From Candidatus Omnitrophota bacterium (GTDB taxonomy: Bacteria > Omnitrophota > Omnitrophia > Omnitrophales > Aquincolibacteriaceae), in the NCBI GenBank assembly GCA_019052695.1, contig JAHQRI010000002.1:1-51600 (forward strand): 51,600 nucleotides of DNA. Direction: 5' to 3'. This document shows positions 26,895 to 36,721 of the stretch, in pieces. Under the pieces are notes generated by a model. The model saw only the letters and a list, made by a program, of their open reading frames with translations. It did no database searches and had not been told where the DNA came from. A program made the translations under genes and the position numbers. How positions within the stretch are numbered: position 1 is the first letter of the stretch; each line of letters opens with the position of its first letter.

Positions 26895-28532
26895 ATGGAA
26901 AAAAACACATTAAAAGCCGTTGCTCTTGCCGCTCTGGTCCTTTTGTTCTATCCCCTTCTGCTCAACTGGTTCTATCCGAACACCCAAAGGCAGAAGAAGG
27001 TCCCGGGCAAAGAAGCGGAGGTCTCGGCGCCGACAACTCCGGTCAGGGCAGAGGCCGTCCCTGAAGCGGCTGTTTTTTTAGACGAAGCGGAAGCGCCCGC
27101 AGTCGCTTTTTTCGAGAACGATCTTTACAAGGTCGAGTTTTCCACGCTCGGCGGCACGATCACACGGCTTTCTTTTCTCGGGGAAAAGGGACGGAAAGAA
27201 TTGACCCGCACCGACTTTTTTGAGGGGGACTCTCGCGTGGCCGGCATGCTGGGACTTTCTGTTTTAGGCGAAAAAGCGGACCTCTCACAAACCATCTTTA
27301 AACTGCTTCGAGGAGGGGAACGGGGAGAGGTTTTTGAGTTCACCTATGAATTGCCGGGGGCATACCTCCTGACCAAAACTTTTACTGTGCACGGCGACAA
27401 ACCTGTTATCGATCTCTCGGTCCGCGTCAAGAACCTCGAGGATCGAGAGAGGAACATGGCGTTCTCGTTGAAGTATGCCATGGATCACGAAAAGGATTAT
27501 CAGAAAGACTACGGTTTCTATGACGGGGTCGCCTACGCGGCGAAACTTAAGACCGAAAATTTAGACCATATCAAGAAAAAAGGATTCTCCTTCCCGGAGG
27601 GTACCGTCTGGGCGGGTTTCATCAAAAAATACTTTGCCCTTATGATCAAGCCGGACGCGAAGATCGTCAGTGGGAACGCCCGCGCGGACGCGGAAAGCTT
27701 GTGGGGGACCCTGACGTTGGAGCCGCTGACGGTCCCCCGAGGCGGTGAGGCGCGGACCCGGGTCCTGATCTATGCCGGACCCCAACGTTATGAAGCGCTC
27801 AAACAATTCGGAGACGGCTTCGAAAGTATTTTTTCGCGAGGCTTTTTCGGTCTTTTCAAGATGGGACTCCTCATGGGGCTTAAATTCTTCCATCAGTTCA
27901 CGCACAACTACGGATGGTCGCTCGTCCTTTTGACGCTCCTGATCAAACTGCTTTTCGCGCCGCTCACCCATCTCAGCTACGCCTCCATGAAGAAAATGCA
28001 GGTGCTGTCCCCCAAGATGAAGGCGATCCAAGAGCAGCACAAAAAGGATCCGGCCAAGGCGCAGCACGAGCTCATGCTGCTTTACCGGAGGAACAAAGTG
28101 AACCCCATGATGGGGTGCCTTCCGATGCTGATCCAGATCCCGGTTTTCATCGCCATGTTCAAACTGCTTCCCGAAGCCATTGAACTTCACGGCGCGCCTT
28201 TTGTCGGATGGATCAAAGACCTTTCCGCGCCGGATCACTTCCTGACGCTCCCGTTCACGGTCCCGATGCTTGGCTGGAACGCGCTCAATCTCCTGCCGAT
28301 CGCCATGGCGGCCTCCCAGGTGTGGTACCAAAAATTGATGCCTGCGCAGCCGGGGTCGACACCCGAACAACAAAAGATCATGAACCTGATGCCGATCTTT
28401 TTTGGTTTCATTTGTTACAACATGCCATCTGGGCTCACGCTTTACTGGACCCTGCAGAACCTTTTTTCGATCATCCAGCAGGTTTTTATCAATCGCATCG
28501 TGGTGGTCCTGCACCACGAGGACGCGGCCTGA
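26895..28532 (+). CDS. yidC: Membrane protein insertase YidC (long, Gram-negative type with periplasmic P1 domain)
   Basis: 545 aa with an N-terminal TM and a large periplasmic domain. The conserved C-terminal 5-TM core includes GWSLVLLTLLIKLLFAPL, MGCLPMLIQIPVF and PSGLTLYWTLQNLFSIIQQ. Confidence 0.93.
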   Translation: MEKNTLKAVALAALVLLFYPLLLNWFYPNTQRQKKVPGKEAEVSAPTTPVRAEAVPEAAVFLDEAEAPAVAFFENDLYKVEFSTLGGTITRLSFLGEKGRKELTRTDFFEGDSRVAGMLGLSVLGEKADLSQTIFKLLRGGERGEVFEFTYELPGAYLLTKTFTVHGDKPVIDLSVRVKNLEDRERNMAFSLKYAMDHEKDYQKDYGFYDGVAYAAKLKTENLDHIKKKGFSFPEGTVWAGFIKKYFALMIKPDAKIVSGNARADAESLWGTLTLEPLTVPRGGEARTRVLIYAGPQRYEALKQFGDGFESIFSRGFFGLFKMGLLMGLKFFHQFTHNYGWSLVLLTLLIKLLFAPLTHLSYASMKKMQVLSPKMKAIQEQHKKDPAKAQHELMLLYRRNKVNPMMGCLPMLIQIPVFIAMFKLLPEAIELHGAPFVGWIKDLSAPDHFLTLPFTVPMLGWNALNLLPIAMAASQVWYQKLMPAQPGSTPEQQKIMNLMPIFFGFICYNMPSGLTLYWTLQNLFSIIQQVFINRIVVVLHHEDAA

Positions 28533-28608
28533 AGTCCGAAAGAACCGCGCGGTCCGGCGGTCCACGCCGGCACCTCAGGACAAGCGCCTTGATCTTCCGA
28601 AGAAGTCT

Positions 28609-30435
28609 ATGACCAAACCTCAATACGCGGCTGTCGTTGTCGGGGCCGGTCACGCCGGCGTTGAGGCTTCCCTCGCCATCGCGCGCTGCGGCTTTCCGGT
28701 ACTTGTCCTGACCATGGACACGAACGCCATCGCGAGAATGTCTTGTAACCCCGCGATCGGCGGCCTCGCCAAAGGGCACATCGTTCGAGAGATCGACGCG
28801 CTCGGGGGAGAAATGGGGCTCGCCACAGACGCGACCGGTATCCAATTCCGCATGCTGAATAAATCCAAAGGCCCCGCCGTATGGGCGCCCCGTGCGCAGG
28901 CGGATAAAAACCAATATGAACTTTATATGAAACGGGCCCTGGAGGCCGAAAAAAACCTGACGTTGAAACAAGCCCAGGTCACGGAGATCCTTGTTGAGAA
29001 CGGAATATGCAAAGGAGTGCGGACCCGCGCTGGCGAAACCTTTTTTGCAAAGTACGCGATCCTTACGACGGGGACTTTTTTGCAAGGGTTGATCCATGTC
29101 GGTGAAGAACATTATCCCGGCGGGCGTCGCGACGAACCGCCCGCGGTCGGGCTTTCCGATTCACTCTGCCGGCAGGGAATCGAACTGGTCCGGTTCAAGA
29201 CCGGAACGCCGCCGCGCTTGCACCAAAAAAGCGTTCGTTGGGAAATCCTGGAAGAACAAAAAGGCGACGACCCCCCCTCACCGTTCTCTTACCGGACCGA
29301 AAAGCTCGACGTTGTCCAGTTACCGTGCCACCTGACGCATACCAACGAGGAGGTCCATGAGATCATACGGAGGAATTTGCACCGCTCCCCTCTTTACGCG
29401 GGGCGGATCACGGGGATCGGACCGCGCTATTGCCCATCCGTGGAAGACAAGGTCGTAAAATTCCCGGATAAAAAAAGCCACCAGATCTATCTTGAGCCCG
29501 AGGGGCGCGATACGCATGAAATCTACATGAACGGCTTTCCGACCTCCCTACCGAAAGACGTGCAAGACGCCGCGCTCCACAGGATCCGCGGTCTTGAAAA
29601 CGCGGAAGTCCTGAAATGGGGCTATGCGATCGAATATGACGCGGCTCCGCCGACCCAGTTAAAACACAATCTCGAGACCAAAAAGGTCCAAAATCTCTTT
29701 TTTGCGGGGCAGATCAATTGTACCTCCGGATACGAAGAGGCTGCCGGACAAGGGCTTGTGGCGGGGATTAATGTGATCCAAAAACTCCGCGGTAAGAACG
29801 AATTTGTTTTAGATCGAACCGAAGCTTACATTGCCGTGATGATCGATGACCTTGTGACGTGCGGGACGAACGAACCTTACCGGATGTTCACGTCACGGGC
29901 GGAATTCCGGCTGCTTTTGAGACAAGATAACGCGGACGAAAGGTTAATGCCTTATGGGAGACAGCTCGGATTGTTACCCCGGGAAGCTTACAAAAAATTC
30001 CAAAAACGAGATCAGAACATGAAAAGCGACATTCAAGCTTTGCGCGGTAAGAAGATCAAGAACGACAGCTTATATCAATATTTGAAGCGGCCTGAAGTGT
30101 CCTATAAACAATTGTTAAAGAATAAGTTACACTTCTGCAACCTGACGGATGTCGAGATCCATAAGGTAGAAACGGAGATCAAGTATGAGGGCTACATTGC
30201 CCGACAAAAAAACGAAGTTCAAAGGTTCAAAAAAACAGAGAAAAAAAAGATTCCCGAATCGGTCGACTACGACCAGCTAGATGGCATAAGCCGCGAAGCG
30301 AGAGAAAAATTGAAAAAAGTGCGTCCTGGATCGATAGGAAACGCGTCGCGTATTCCGGGGATCTCTGCATGCGATCTATCGCTTCTTGCGATCCATCTGG
30401 AAAAAAATTTTAGGGAATCCTGCCAAAGCCGTTAA
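28609..30435 (+). CDS. mnmG: tRNA uridine 5-carboxymethylaminomethyl modification enzyme MnmG (GidA)
   Basis: ORF 28402..30435 trimmed to the ATG at 28609 (MTKPQYAAVVVGAGHAGVEASLA, an FAD dinucleotide fold). Other motifs are CNPAIGGLAKGHIVREIDALGG and GQINGTSGYEEAA-like (GQINCTSGYEEAAGQG). Confidence 0.93.
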   Translation: MTKPQYAAVVVGAGHAGVEASLAIARCGFPVLVLTMDTNAIARMSCNPAIGGLAKGHIVREIDALGGEMGLATDATGIQFRMLNKSKGPAVWAPRAQADKNQYELYMKRALEAEKNLTLKQAQVTEILVENGICKGVRTRAGETFFAKYAILTTGTFLQGLIHVGEEHYPGGRRDEPPAVGLSDSLCRQGIELVRFKTGTPPRLHQKSVRWEILEEQKGDDPPSPFSYRTEKLDVVQLPCHLTHTNEEVHEIIRRNLHRSPLYAGRITGIGPRYCPSVEDKVVKFPDKKSHQIYLEPEGRDTHEIYMNGFPTSLPKDVQDAALHRIRGLENAEVLKWGYAIEYDAAPPTQLKHNLETKKVQNLFFAGQINCTSGYEEAAGQGLVAGINVIQKLRGKNEFVLDRTEAYIAVMIDDLVTCGTNEPYRMFTSRAEFRLLLRQDNADERLMPYGRQLGLLPREAYKKFQKRDQNMKSDIQALRGKKIKNDSLYQYLKRPEVSYKQLLKNKLHFCNLTDVEIHKVETEIKYEGYIARQKNEVQRFKKTEKKKIPESVDYDQLDGISREAREKLKKVRPGSIGNASRIPGISACDLSLLAIHLEKNFRESCQSR

Positions 30436-30618
30436 TTAAATACCGCTTCAAAGATAATTAATCAATATTTAGTCTTGAATTTCGAATTGTTCTTAGAGCA
30501 ATGGTTCTAATTATAAAATTTCTTCCTCAGGCCTTCTTCCCGGAAAACGTTCAATTCATGTCGACATTATCCCTTTTAAATGATGCGGTTAAGCGTTTTT
30601 ATTTTTACGTCACATCGC

Positions 30619-30634
30619 AGTTTCACGTGAAACA
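30619..30634. promoter_or_regulatory. parS centromere-like site (15/16 match): AGTTTCACGTGAAACA
   Basis: Palindrome read directly from the sequence. The consensus is TGTTTCACGTGAAACA. Confidence 0.8.
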
Positions 30635-30835
30635 ATTACGAAGCGAGGACATATTAATCAAAATAAAGTTGAAGGCGCAGCGTTACGTGTGCCAATGTAA
30701 ATGACGAATTAGCGGATAAAAGCTATTTTAGGTTATATTTATTGTGTAAGACGCATAAAAACTGATTGCGGAATAAAAAAAAACCTATAAAATAATTCCC
30801 AACAGTGCCGATTGAATTATAGGGATAAAGAGAAT

Positions 30836-30851
30836 TGTTTCACGTGAAACA
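30836..30851. promoter_or_regulatory. parS centromere-like site, perfect 16-bp palindrome TGTTTCACGTGAAACA
   Basis: Read directly. It lies 12 nt upstream of the parA ATG, just before the SD ggagg. Confidence 0.9.
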
Positions 30852-30862
30852 ACGGAGGCTCT

Positions 30863-31768
30863 ATGGGAGAGATTTTCTCTTTTTTTAACCAGAAAGGCGG
30901 CGTTGGTAAAACAACATCGGCAGTTAATATTGCCGCGGTAGCTGCACAGGAAGGTTTAAAAGTGCTCCTTATAGATCTAGACTCACAAGGTAATGCTACC
31001 AGTGGATTAGGATTAGAAAAGGACGACAATGAATTAACAGCTTATCAACTTCTTGTTGAAAATGCATCGATACAATCCTGCATAAAAAACACGGTCGTTG
31101 ATAAGCTTGACGTTATTCCATCAAATTCGCATTTATCGGGTGCTGAGATGCACTTGATTAATATGGAAAAAAGAGAATTTGTGCTTCGGACAGGCATGGA
31201 AAAAATTCGCTCAGAATATGATCTTATCATTCTTGATTGCCCTCCGTCACTTGGTTTAGTAAGCATAAACGCATTAACTGCAAGTAAATACATTATCATT
31301 CCATTGCAGTGTGAGTACTACGCGCTTGAAGGGCTAGGTCAGCTTTTAAACACGTACCAGCTGGTCAAAAAGAACTTAAGCGCGGACATTGAGCTTGGAG
31401 GGGTGATTCTTACCATGGCTGATTTCAGGACAAATCTAACCCAGCAGGTTATCGAGGAGGTTAAGAATTACTTCAAGGAAAAAGTATTTACCACCGTAAT
31501 CCCGCGATCCGTTAAGTTATCGGAAGCCCCCAGCTTCGGAAAGCCGGCCGTGATCTACGATCCCAGCGGACGCGGTTCCCAGTGCTACGCACAGCTCGCG
31601 CATGAGTTTCTAGAAAGATTTGGATTTTCCGTTCAAGGAGCGACGGCGGCAGACCTGCCTTGTCCCGTTGCCGAGACAACAGTTACGAATAATGCAGGTT
31701 CAGAAGCTATAATTTCGGAGGGGCAGGTTTCAGACGAGCAACCGCATCAGGACAGCGCAAATTCATAA
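30863..31768 (+). CDS. parA: Chromosome partitioning ATPase ParA/Soj with a roughly 45-aa C-terminal extension
   Basis: 301 aa. The deviant Walker A is FNQKGGVGKTTSAVNIA. Other motifs are DLDSQGNAT and LILDCPPSLG. The acidic/polar tail after residue 255 or so is not typical of Soj. Confidence 0.93.
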   Translation: MGEIFSFFNQKGGVGKTTSAVNIAAVAAQEGLKVLLIDLDSQGNATSGLGLEKDDNELTAYQLLVENASIQSCIKNTVVDKLDVIPSNSHLSGAEMHLINMEKREFVLRTGMEKIRSEYDLIILDCPPSLGLVSINALTASKYIIIPLQCEYYALEGLGQLLNTYQLVKKNLSADIELGGVILTMADFRTNLTQQVIEEVKNYFKEKVFTTVIPRSVKLSEAPSFGKPAVIYDPSGRGSQCYAQLAHEFLERFGFSVQGATAADLPCPVAETTVTNNAGSEAIISEGQVSDEQPHQDSANS

Positions 31769-31786
31769 AGCGCAGGAGACAACACA

Positions 31787-32737
31787 ATGAAAAAGGCCCT
31801 CGGGAAGGGATTAAGCGCGTTAATTCCAGACAGTTATAAAGAGCAAACCGGTGCGGTTACGACGATAAAAAATGAGCCCGAGACCTTGGAGACAAGAGGG
31901 ACGGATCTATCGTCGCGACCCGCCATAACGCAGGCTACAGCCGGCCCGGCATTTCGCCTTATCCCCATCACCCATGTACTGCCTAATGAAGACCAGCCGC
32001 GAAAAAGTTTTCATGAAGAGACGATCGCGGAATTAGCGGACTCGATACGGGAAAAGGGTATTTTGCAGCCGGTAATCGTAAAAAAAGCGGGCGATGACAC
32101 TTATCGATTGATCTGCGGTGAGCGCAGATTTCGTGCAGCGACGGCGTGCGGTTTGACGGAAGTGCCTGCCATCATTAAAGATATAGCTCCAGAGGACTTT
32201 CTAGAATGGGCATTGATCGAGAACATCCAACGCGAGGACCTAAACCCGCTCGAGGAGGCCGAAGCCTATCAACGGCTCGTGGAGGACCGCAACTGTTCCC
32301 AGGATGACGTTGCGAAACGCTTAGGGAAGAACCGCTCCACGGTTGCTAATACCATGCGGTTGTTGCGGCTGCCGGAAGAGGTCAAACGATACCTGGCTGA
32401 CGGCAGACTTTCAGCGGGTCATGCCCGGGCGCTCCTGGGGCTCTTGACCCCGGAACACCAGCGGCACATGGCGAAACGGATCGTGGAGGAGAACCTCTCC
32501 GTGCGTCAGGTTGAGGCGATCGTGGGACGCAGCCTTGCTCATAAAAGAAAAGCGAAGGCCGCGCGCCATCTCAGCGCGGAGATCGTGGACCTCGAAACAA
32601 GGCTGACGCATTTTCTGGGGACCCAGGTGAAGATCTACCCGCGCAAGAACCAGAAAGAAGGACGCATTGAGATCCAATATTTTTCTCTGGACGACCTTGA
32701 CCGGGCGCTTCAAAAAATGGGGCTGCCTCGCGGTTAA
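31787..32737 (+). CDS. parB: Chromosome partitioning protein ParB/Spo0J
   Basis: 316 aa. MKKALGKGLSALIP starts the protein. The CTP-binding/ParB box is GILQPVIV and ICGERRFRAA, and the HTH is QDDVAKRLGKNRSTVANTMRLL. Confidence 0.93.
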   Translation: MKKALGKGLSALIPDSYKEQTGAVTTIKNEPETLETRGTDLSSRPAITQATAGPAFRLIPITHVLPNEDQPRKSFHEETIAELADSIREKGILQPVIVKKAGDDTYRLICGERRFRAATACGLTEVPAIIKDIAPEDFLEWALIENIQREDLNPLEEAEAYQRLVEDRNCSQDDVAKRLGKNRSTVANTMRLLRLPEEVKRYLADGRLSAGHARALLGLLTPEHQRHMAKRIVEENLSVRQVEAIVGRSLAHKRKAKAARHLSAEIVDLETRLTHFLGTQVKIYPRKNQKEGRIEIQYFSLDDLDRALQKMGLPRG

Positions 32738-32791
32738 GACGGGTCCGGAGGGAAAACCCGACCCGATCGAAAAAGGCCCGGGGACGCTTCA

Positions 32792-32819
32792 TTGACTTCG
32801 GAAGGTGCTGTGCTATAAT
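32792..32819 (+). promoter_or_regulatory. Near-consensus sigma70-type promoter TTGACT - 16 nt - (TGc)TATAAT
   Basis: catTTGACTtcggaaggtgctgTGcTATAATcc, about 85 nt upstream of the sugar-binding protein ATG. Confidence 0.6.
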
Positions 32820-32904
32820 CCCCAATCTTTTTCGATTGCAAACAAGAGAAAGATCACAACCCCTAGCGATCTCAACAAAAACCTTCCGAACGAAGGGATT
32901 TTGA

Positions 32905-34200
32905 ATGCCACAGCGAGGCTGGACAGGAATTTTTTTCGTCTTTTTTTTGACTTTGGCCCTCACCGGTTGTGATGCCCCGCTTTCCGTGAAAGAGAAGGGT
33001 GTGACCGAGATCAAAGTCAGCTTTTGGGGAACGCCGGAGGAGATCAGTATTATCACCGAGGCGATCTCGGGATGGCAGAAGGATCACCCCGAGATCAAGC
33101 TTGTGTTCGAGCACACACCTTATACCGGCTACATCAGCAAGATCCTCACACGCATCGCGGGAGGCGCGGCGCCCGACATTATTGCGACCGAGGTCGATTA
33201 TTTCGTGACTTTCGCGACCAAGGGTGTCTTAGAGGACCTCACGCCGTACATCGTTTCCGACCCCCAGGGGTTTGACAAGGACGATTTTTTCCCGCAGATC
33301 ATCGACCGCTTTAGCCATGAAGGAAAGCTCCTCGCCGCACCCCGGGACATCGCACCGTTCGCGTGCGTGTTCTACAACAAGAAGGTCTTTGATGAGGCCG
33401 GGATCCCGTACCCGACGGACGACTGGACCTGGAGCGACCTGCTGCGTATCGCCCGCGATCTGACAAAAAAAGACAGCGCGGGACGGGTGACCCAGTACGG
33501 TTTTTACGCCTGGGCCTGGAAGAACTTTATCTACGGCAACGGAGGCAAGCTGGTCGATGACGTGAAAAACCCGCAAAGGACCATGCTGGACGACCCGCGC
33601 GCGATCGATGGACTCCAATTTTACGCGGACCTAAGCAGCCTCTACGAAGTCATGCCGACGCCGACGGCCTTCACGAATTTCGGAATGGGCGCGGACCGCA
33701 TGTTCGCCAACGGCCGCATCGCCATGTTCCTCTCGGGCATCTGGGAAACCCCGCAGTTCCGGAATTATGATTTTGAGTGGGATGTTGCGATGTTCCCCAA
33801 GAACCCTCAGGGGATACGCGCCTTCGGAAGCGGAGGAACGGGCTACGCGATCCTGAAGTCCTCCAAGCACAAAAAAGAGGCCTGGGAGGTCATCAAGGCA
33901 TTAACGGGACCTGAAGGCCAAAAACAGTTCGCCCGCAGGGGGCTCGCTCAACCTGCGCGCATTTCCGCGGCCGAAAGCGACGCTTTTGCGGGTAACCCGC
34001 AGGCTCCCACGAATAAAAAAATGCTCAACGAGGCCGTTCAGTACACCGTTTTCAGCCCCTTTCACTCCGGGTGGCGCGAGATCGAGGAAAAATACCTGAA
34101 TCCCCAGCTGGACCTTGTGTTTAACGGAAAAAAATCCGCCGAAGAAATGATCAAGGAGCTCGCACCCGAGATCAACCGGCAGCTTCAGCGTAAAAAATAG
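32905..34200 (+). CDS. ABC-transporter extracellular solute-binding lipoprotein (family 1, carbohydrate)
   Basis: 431 aa with the lipobox FFLTLALTGC. VSFWGTPEE...GGAAPDII... is typical of sugar SBPs. No permease or ATPase genes follow. Confidence 0.85.
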   Translation: MPQRGWTGIFFVFFLTLALTGCDAPLSVKEKGVTEIKVSFWGTPEEISIITEAISGWQKDHPEIKLVFEHTPYTGYISKILTRIAGGAAPDIIATEVDYFVTFATKGVLEDLTPYIVSDPQGFDKDDFFPQIIDRFSHEGKLLAAPRDIAPFACVFYNKKVFDEAGIPYPTDDWTWSDLLRIARDLTKKDSAGRVTQYGFYAWAWKNFIYGNGGKLVDDVKNPQRTMLDDPRAIDGLQFYADLSSLYEVMPTPTAFTNFGMGADRMFANGRIAMFLSGIWETPQFRNYDFEWDVAMFPKNPQGIRAFGSGGTGYAILKSSKHKKEAWEVIKALTGPEGQKQFARRGLAQPARISAAESDAFAGNPQAPTNKKMLNEAVQYTVFSPFHSGWREIEEKYLNPQLDLVFNGKKSAEEMIKELAPEINRQLQRKK

Positions 34201-34253
34201 ACCGCCCACGAACCCCCCAGAATGGACCTAAAAAAGAAAGGGCCTGTCCCGCC

Positions 34254-36713
34254 GTGCCTAAAAAGTTAAAAAAAAGATTAAGAACCTATGAAAGGATTGC
34301 TGCGGCTGCCGAAGCCAAAGTTGAAAAAAAATTCGCCTCAAAATACGGCTATTTCACACCGGACGGACGCGAATTCGTGATCACCCGGCCCGATACCCCG
34401 CGACCGTGGGTCAACGTGATCTCCAACGGTGATTACGGGACCATCGAAACCCAGACCGGGTCCGGCTTTTCCTGGCGGGACAATTCCAACCTTTCTCGAA
34501 TCACCCGCTGGGACCAAGACTTGATCCGGGACAGCTGGGGAAAGTACCTTTACGTTCGTGACCGGGACAACGGTGATTTCTGGTCCGGGACATGGAAACC
34601 CTGCATGCCGCAATACGACTTTTTCGAAGTGCGGCACGGGCAAGGGTACTCGGTGTTGACCAGTAAGCTCAACGGCATCCGGTTCGAGAAGACGGTCTTT
34701 GTTGACGTGGAAGACCCGGTTGAGGTCTGGAAAGTCGTCCTGACGAACGAAACATCCCGCAAACGTCGCCTGAGCCTTTTTTCGTATTTTGATTGGTGTC
34801 TCGGGAACTGGGCCGACACGCACCGCGAGTTCCACAAGACGTTCATCGAAACGCACTACGACCGCAGGAATGGCTGTTTGCACGGCATCAAGCGGGCGCC
34901 GCTGGTCCCGGGGTTCATCTCGACCGGCATGACAGAAAGACCGTTGCAGGGTTTCCATGCTTCGAACCCCAAGCCCGCGGGGTTTGACGGCGACAAGGAA
35001 TCTTTTTTGGGACGTTACGGCGAACCCCATGCTCCGGCCGCGGTCGTGGAAGGTCGATGCCGTGATTCGGAAGGGAAGTGGGGTGATGCGGCGGCAAGCC
35101 TTCAGGTGGACGTGGCCCTTGGGCCGAAGGAAAGCAAGACCGTGATCTTCATGCTCGGTTCGACGCGGACAGGGGAAGAAAGCGACAGGATCCTAAAAAA
35201 ATATTCGAATCTTAAAACGGCCGATATAGAACTGAAAAAGGTCAAGGCGCTTTGGGACTCCTTTGTTCACGCCTCCGAGGTCGAAACCCCGGATGAGGCG
35301 ATGAACTTTATGACGAACACCTGGATGAAATACCAGGCGATCTCCGGAAGACTTTGGGCGAAGTGCGGCTATTATCAGTCCAGCGGCGGTTACGGTTTCC
35401 GCGACCAATTGCAAGATTGTCAGATCTTTTTCGCCACGCGTCCGGAGCTCGCGAAAAAGCAGATCCTGATGCATGCCGCGCGGCAGTTCCCGGACGGGAC
35501 CGTGCACCACTGGTGGCATCACGGGACGAACATCGGGGCGGTCACAAACTGCTCGGATGACCTCCTGTGGCTTGATTTCATTACGCTGAACTACCTTGAT
35601 GAGACGGCCGATACCTCCATCTTGGACACCGATGTTAAATTTCTCCCGGACCCGAAGACCCAGGAAGTCACCTCCGCCCCGTTGTATGACCACCTGACCC
35701 GCGCGATCGATAAGGTGCTGACCCGTTTCTCTCCTCGGGGCCTTCCCCTGATCGGGGAATGTGACTGGAACGACGGGCTAAGCCATGTCGGCCTTAAATG
35801 GAAAGGGGAGTCGATCTGGCTTGGACACTTCCTGTACGGGATCTTGGACCGGATCGCGCCGCTTATGGAGCAACGCGGGGACGGGGCAAAGGCCGAAGGG
35901 TATCGTGACCGGGCGCGGTCTCTGAAGGATGCCCTCAATAAAGAGGGTTGGGACGGAGGGTGGTACCTTGGGGCGACCCGGGATGACGGGCGTCCTCTCG
36001 GTAGCAAGTCGTGCGAAACGGGGAAGATCTTCCTGAACTGCCAAACATGGGCTGTGATCACAGGCGTGGCGGATCAAGATCGCGCCCGCATCGTCATGGA
36101 TGCCGCGGCGAAATGGCTTTATAAAAAATATGGACCCCTCCTTCTCACGCCGGGCTACAACAAAACGGACGCAACGATAGGCTACATCACGCGTTACGCG
36201 CCGTCAGTCCGCGAGAACGGGGGACTTTATTCGCACGCCGGAACCTGGGCCGTTCAGGCGGAGGCCATGAGACGCGACGGCGACAAGGCCTATCAGGTCT
36301 ACAAGAGTTTCAATCCGGCAGTCCGGGGGCTTGAGCCGGACCTTTATTACTGTGAGCCTTACGTCATGCCGGGGAATGTCGACGGGCCGGACTCGCCGAA
36401 CAACGGCCGCGGGGGTTGGACCTGGTACACCGGCTCCGCGGCTTGGTACGCGGTCGTGGTCCTGAATTGGCTTTTGGGAGTTCGGCCGGAGGCAGACGGG
36501 CTGAGGATCGATCCGGCAATCCCGAAAAAGTGGCCTGGGTTCAAGATGAAACGCCTGTTCCGCGGGACGACCTACGTGATCGAGGTCAAAAACCCGGACC
36601 AGACCGGCCAGGGGGTCAAGGAGCTCCGGGTCGACGGGAAACGACAAACGGTCAACCTTGTCCCGGACCTGCGCGATGGCGGAACCCATCGCGTCGAAGT
36701 CATCCTCGGCTGA
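34254..36713 (+). CDS. GH94-family glycoside phosphorylase (cellobiose/chitobiose/beta-glucan phosphorylase-like)
   Basis: 819 aa (GTG start). It aligns by eye along its full length with cellobiose phosphorylase. Matching segments are YGYFTPDGREFVITRPDTPRPW, EVRHGQGYS, GFRDQLQD, GLPLIGECDWNDGL, RENGGLYSHA and WYTGSAAWYAVVVLNWLLGVRPEADGLRIDP. Confidence 0.85.
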   Translation: MPKKLKKRLRTYERIAAAAEAKVEKKFASKYGYFTPDGREFVITRPDTPRPWVNVISNGDYGTIETQTGSGFSWRDNSNLSRITRWDQDLIRDSWGKYLYVRDRDNGDFWSGTWKPCMPQYDFFEVRHGQGYSVLTSKLNGIRFEKTVFVDVEDPVEVWKVVLTNETSRKRRLSLFSYFDWCLGNWADTHREFHKTFIETHYDRRNGCLHGIKRAPLVPGFISTGMTERPLQGFHASNPKPAGFDGDKESFLGRYGEPHAPAAVVEGRCRDSEGKWGDAAASLQVDVALGPKESKTVIFMLGSTRTGEESDRILKKYSNLKTADIELKKVKALWDSFVHASEVETPDEAMNFMTNTWMKYQAISGRLWAKCGYYQSSGGYGFRDQLQDCQIFFATRPELAKKQILMHAARQFPDGTVHHWWHHGTNIGAVTNCSDDLLWLDFITLNYLDETADTSILDTDVKFLPDPKTQEVTSAPLYDHLTRAIDKVLTRFSPRGLPLIGECDWNDGLSHVGLKWKGESIWLGHFLYGILDRIAPLMEQRGDGAKAEGYRDRARSLKDALNKEGWDGGWYLGATRDDGRPLGSKSCETGKIFLNCQTWAVITGVADQDRARIVMDAAAKWLYKKYGPLLLTPGYNKTDATIGYITRYAPSVRENGGLYSHAGTWAVQAEAMRRDGDKAYQVYKSFNPAVRGLEPDLYYCEPYVMPGNVDGPDSPNNGRGGWTWYTGSAAWYAVVVLNWLLGVRPEADGLRIDPAIPKKWPGFKMKRLFRGTTYVIEVKNPDQTGQGVKELRVDGKRQTVNLVPDLRDGGTHRVEVILG

Positions 36714-36721
36714 ACCCGATC

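Noticed and set aside
28402-28608. N-terminal extensions proposed by the ORF track for mnmG, and likewise for 36416 (GH144-like), 40297 (bioB), 43361 (bioF), 48073 (rnfD-like), 50018 (pilT), 20377 (gyrA), 15353 (hddA), 9831 (tal) and 2078 (TPR)
   Set aside because: The extensions overlap the preceding gene in another frame and have no homology-like features. In each case an internal ATG reproduces the canonical family N-terminus, often with an SD or an ATGA/GTGA stop-start overlap.
30501-30704. 67-aa ORF in the mnmG-parA spacer; possible rsmG remnant or small protein
   Set aside because: It is very AT-rich and reads through the parS palindrome (the FHVKQ peptide is just parS translated). It has no RsmG SAM-binding motif (GxGxGxPG) and no SD.
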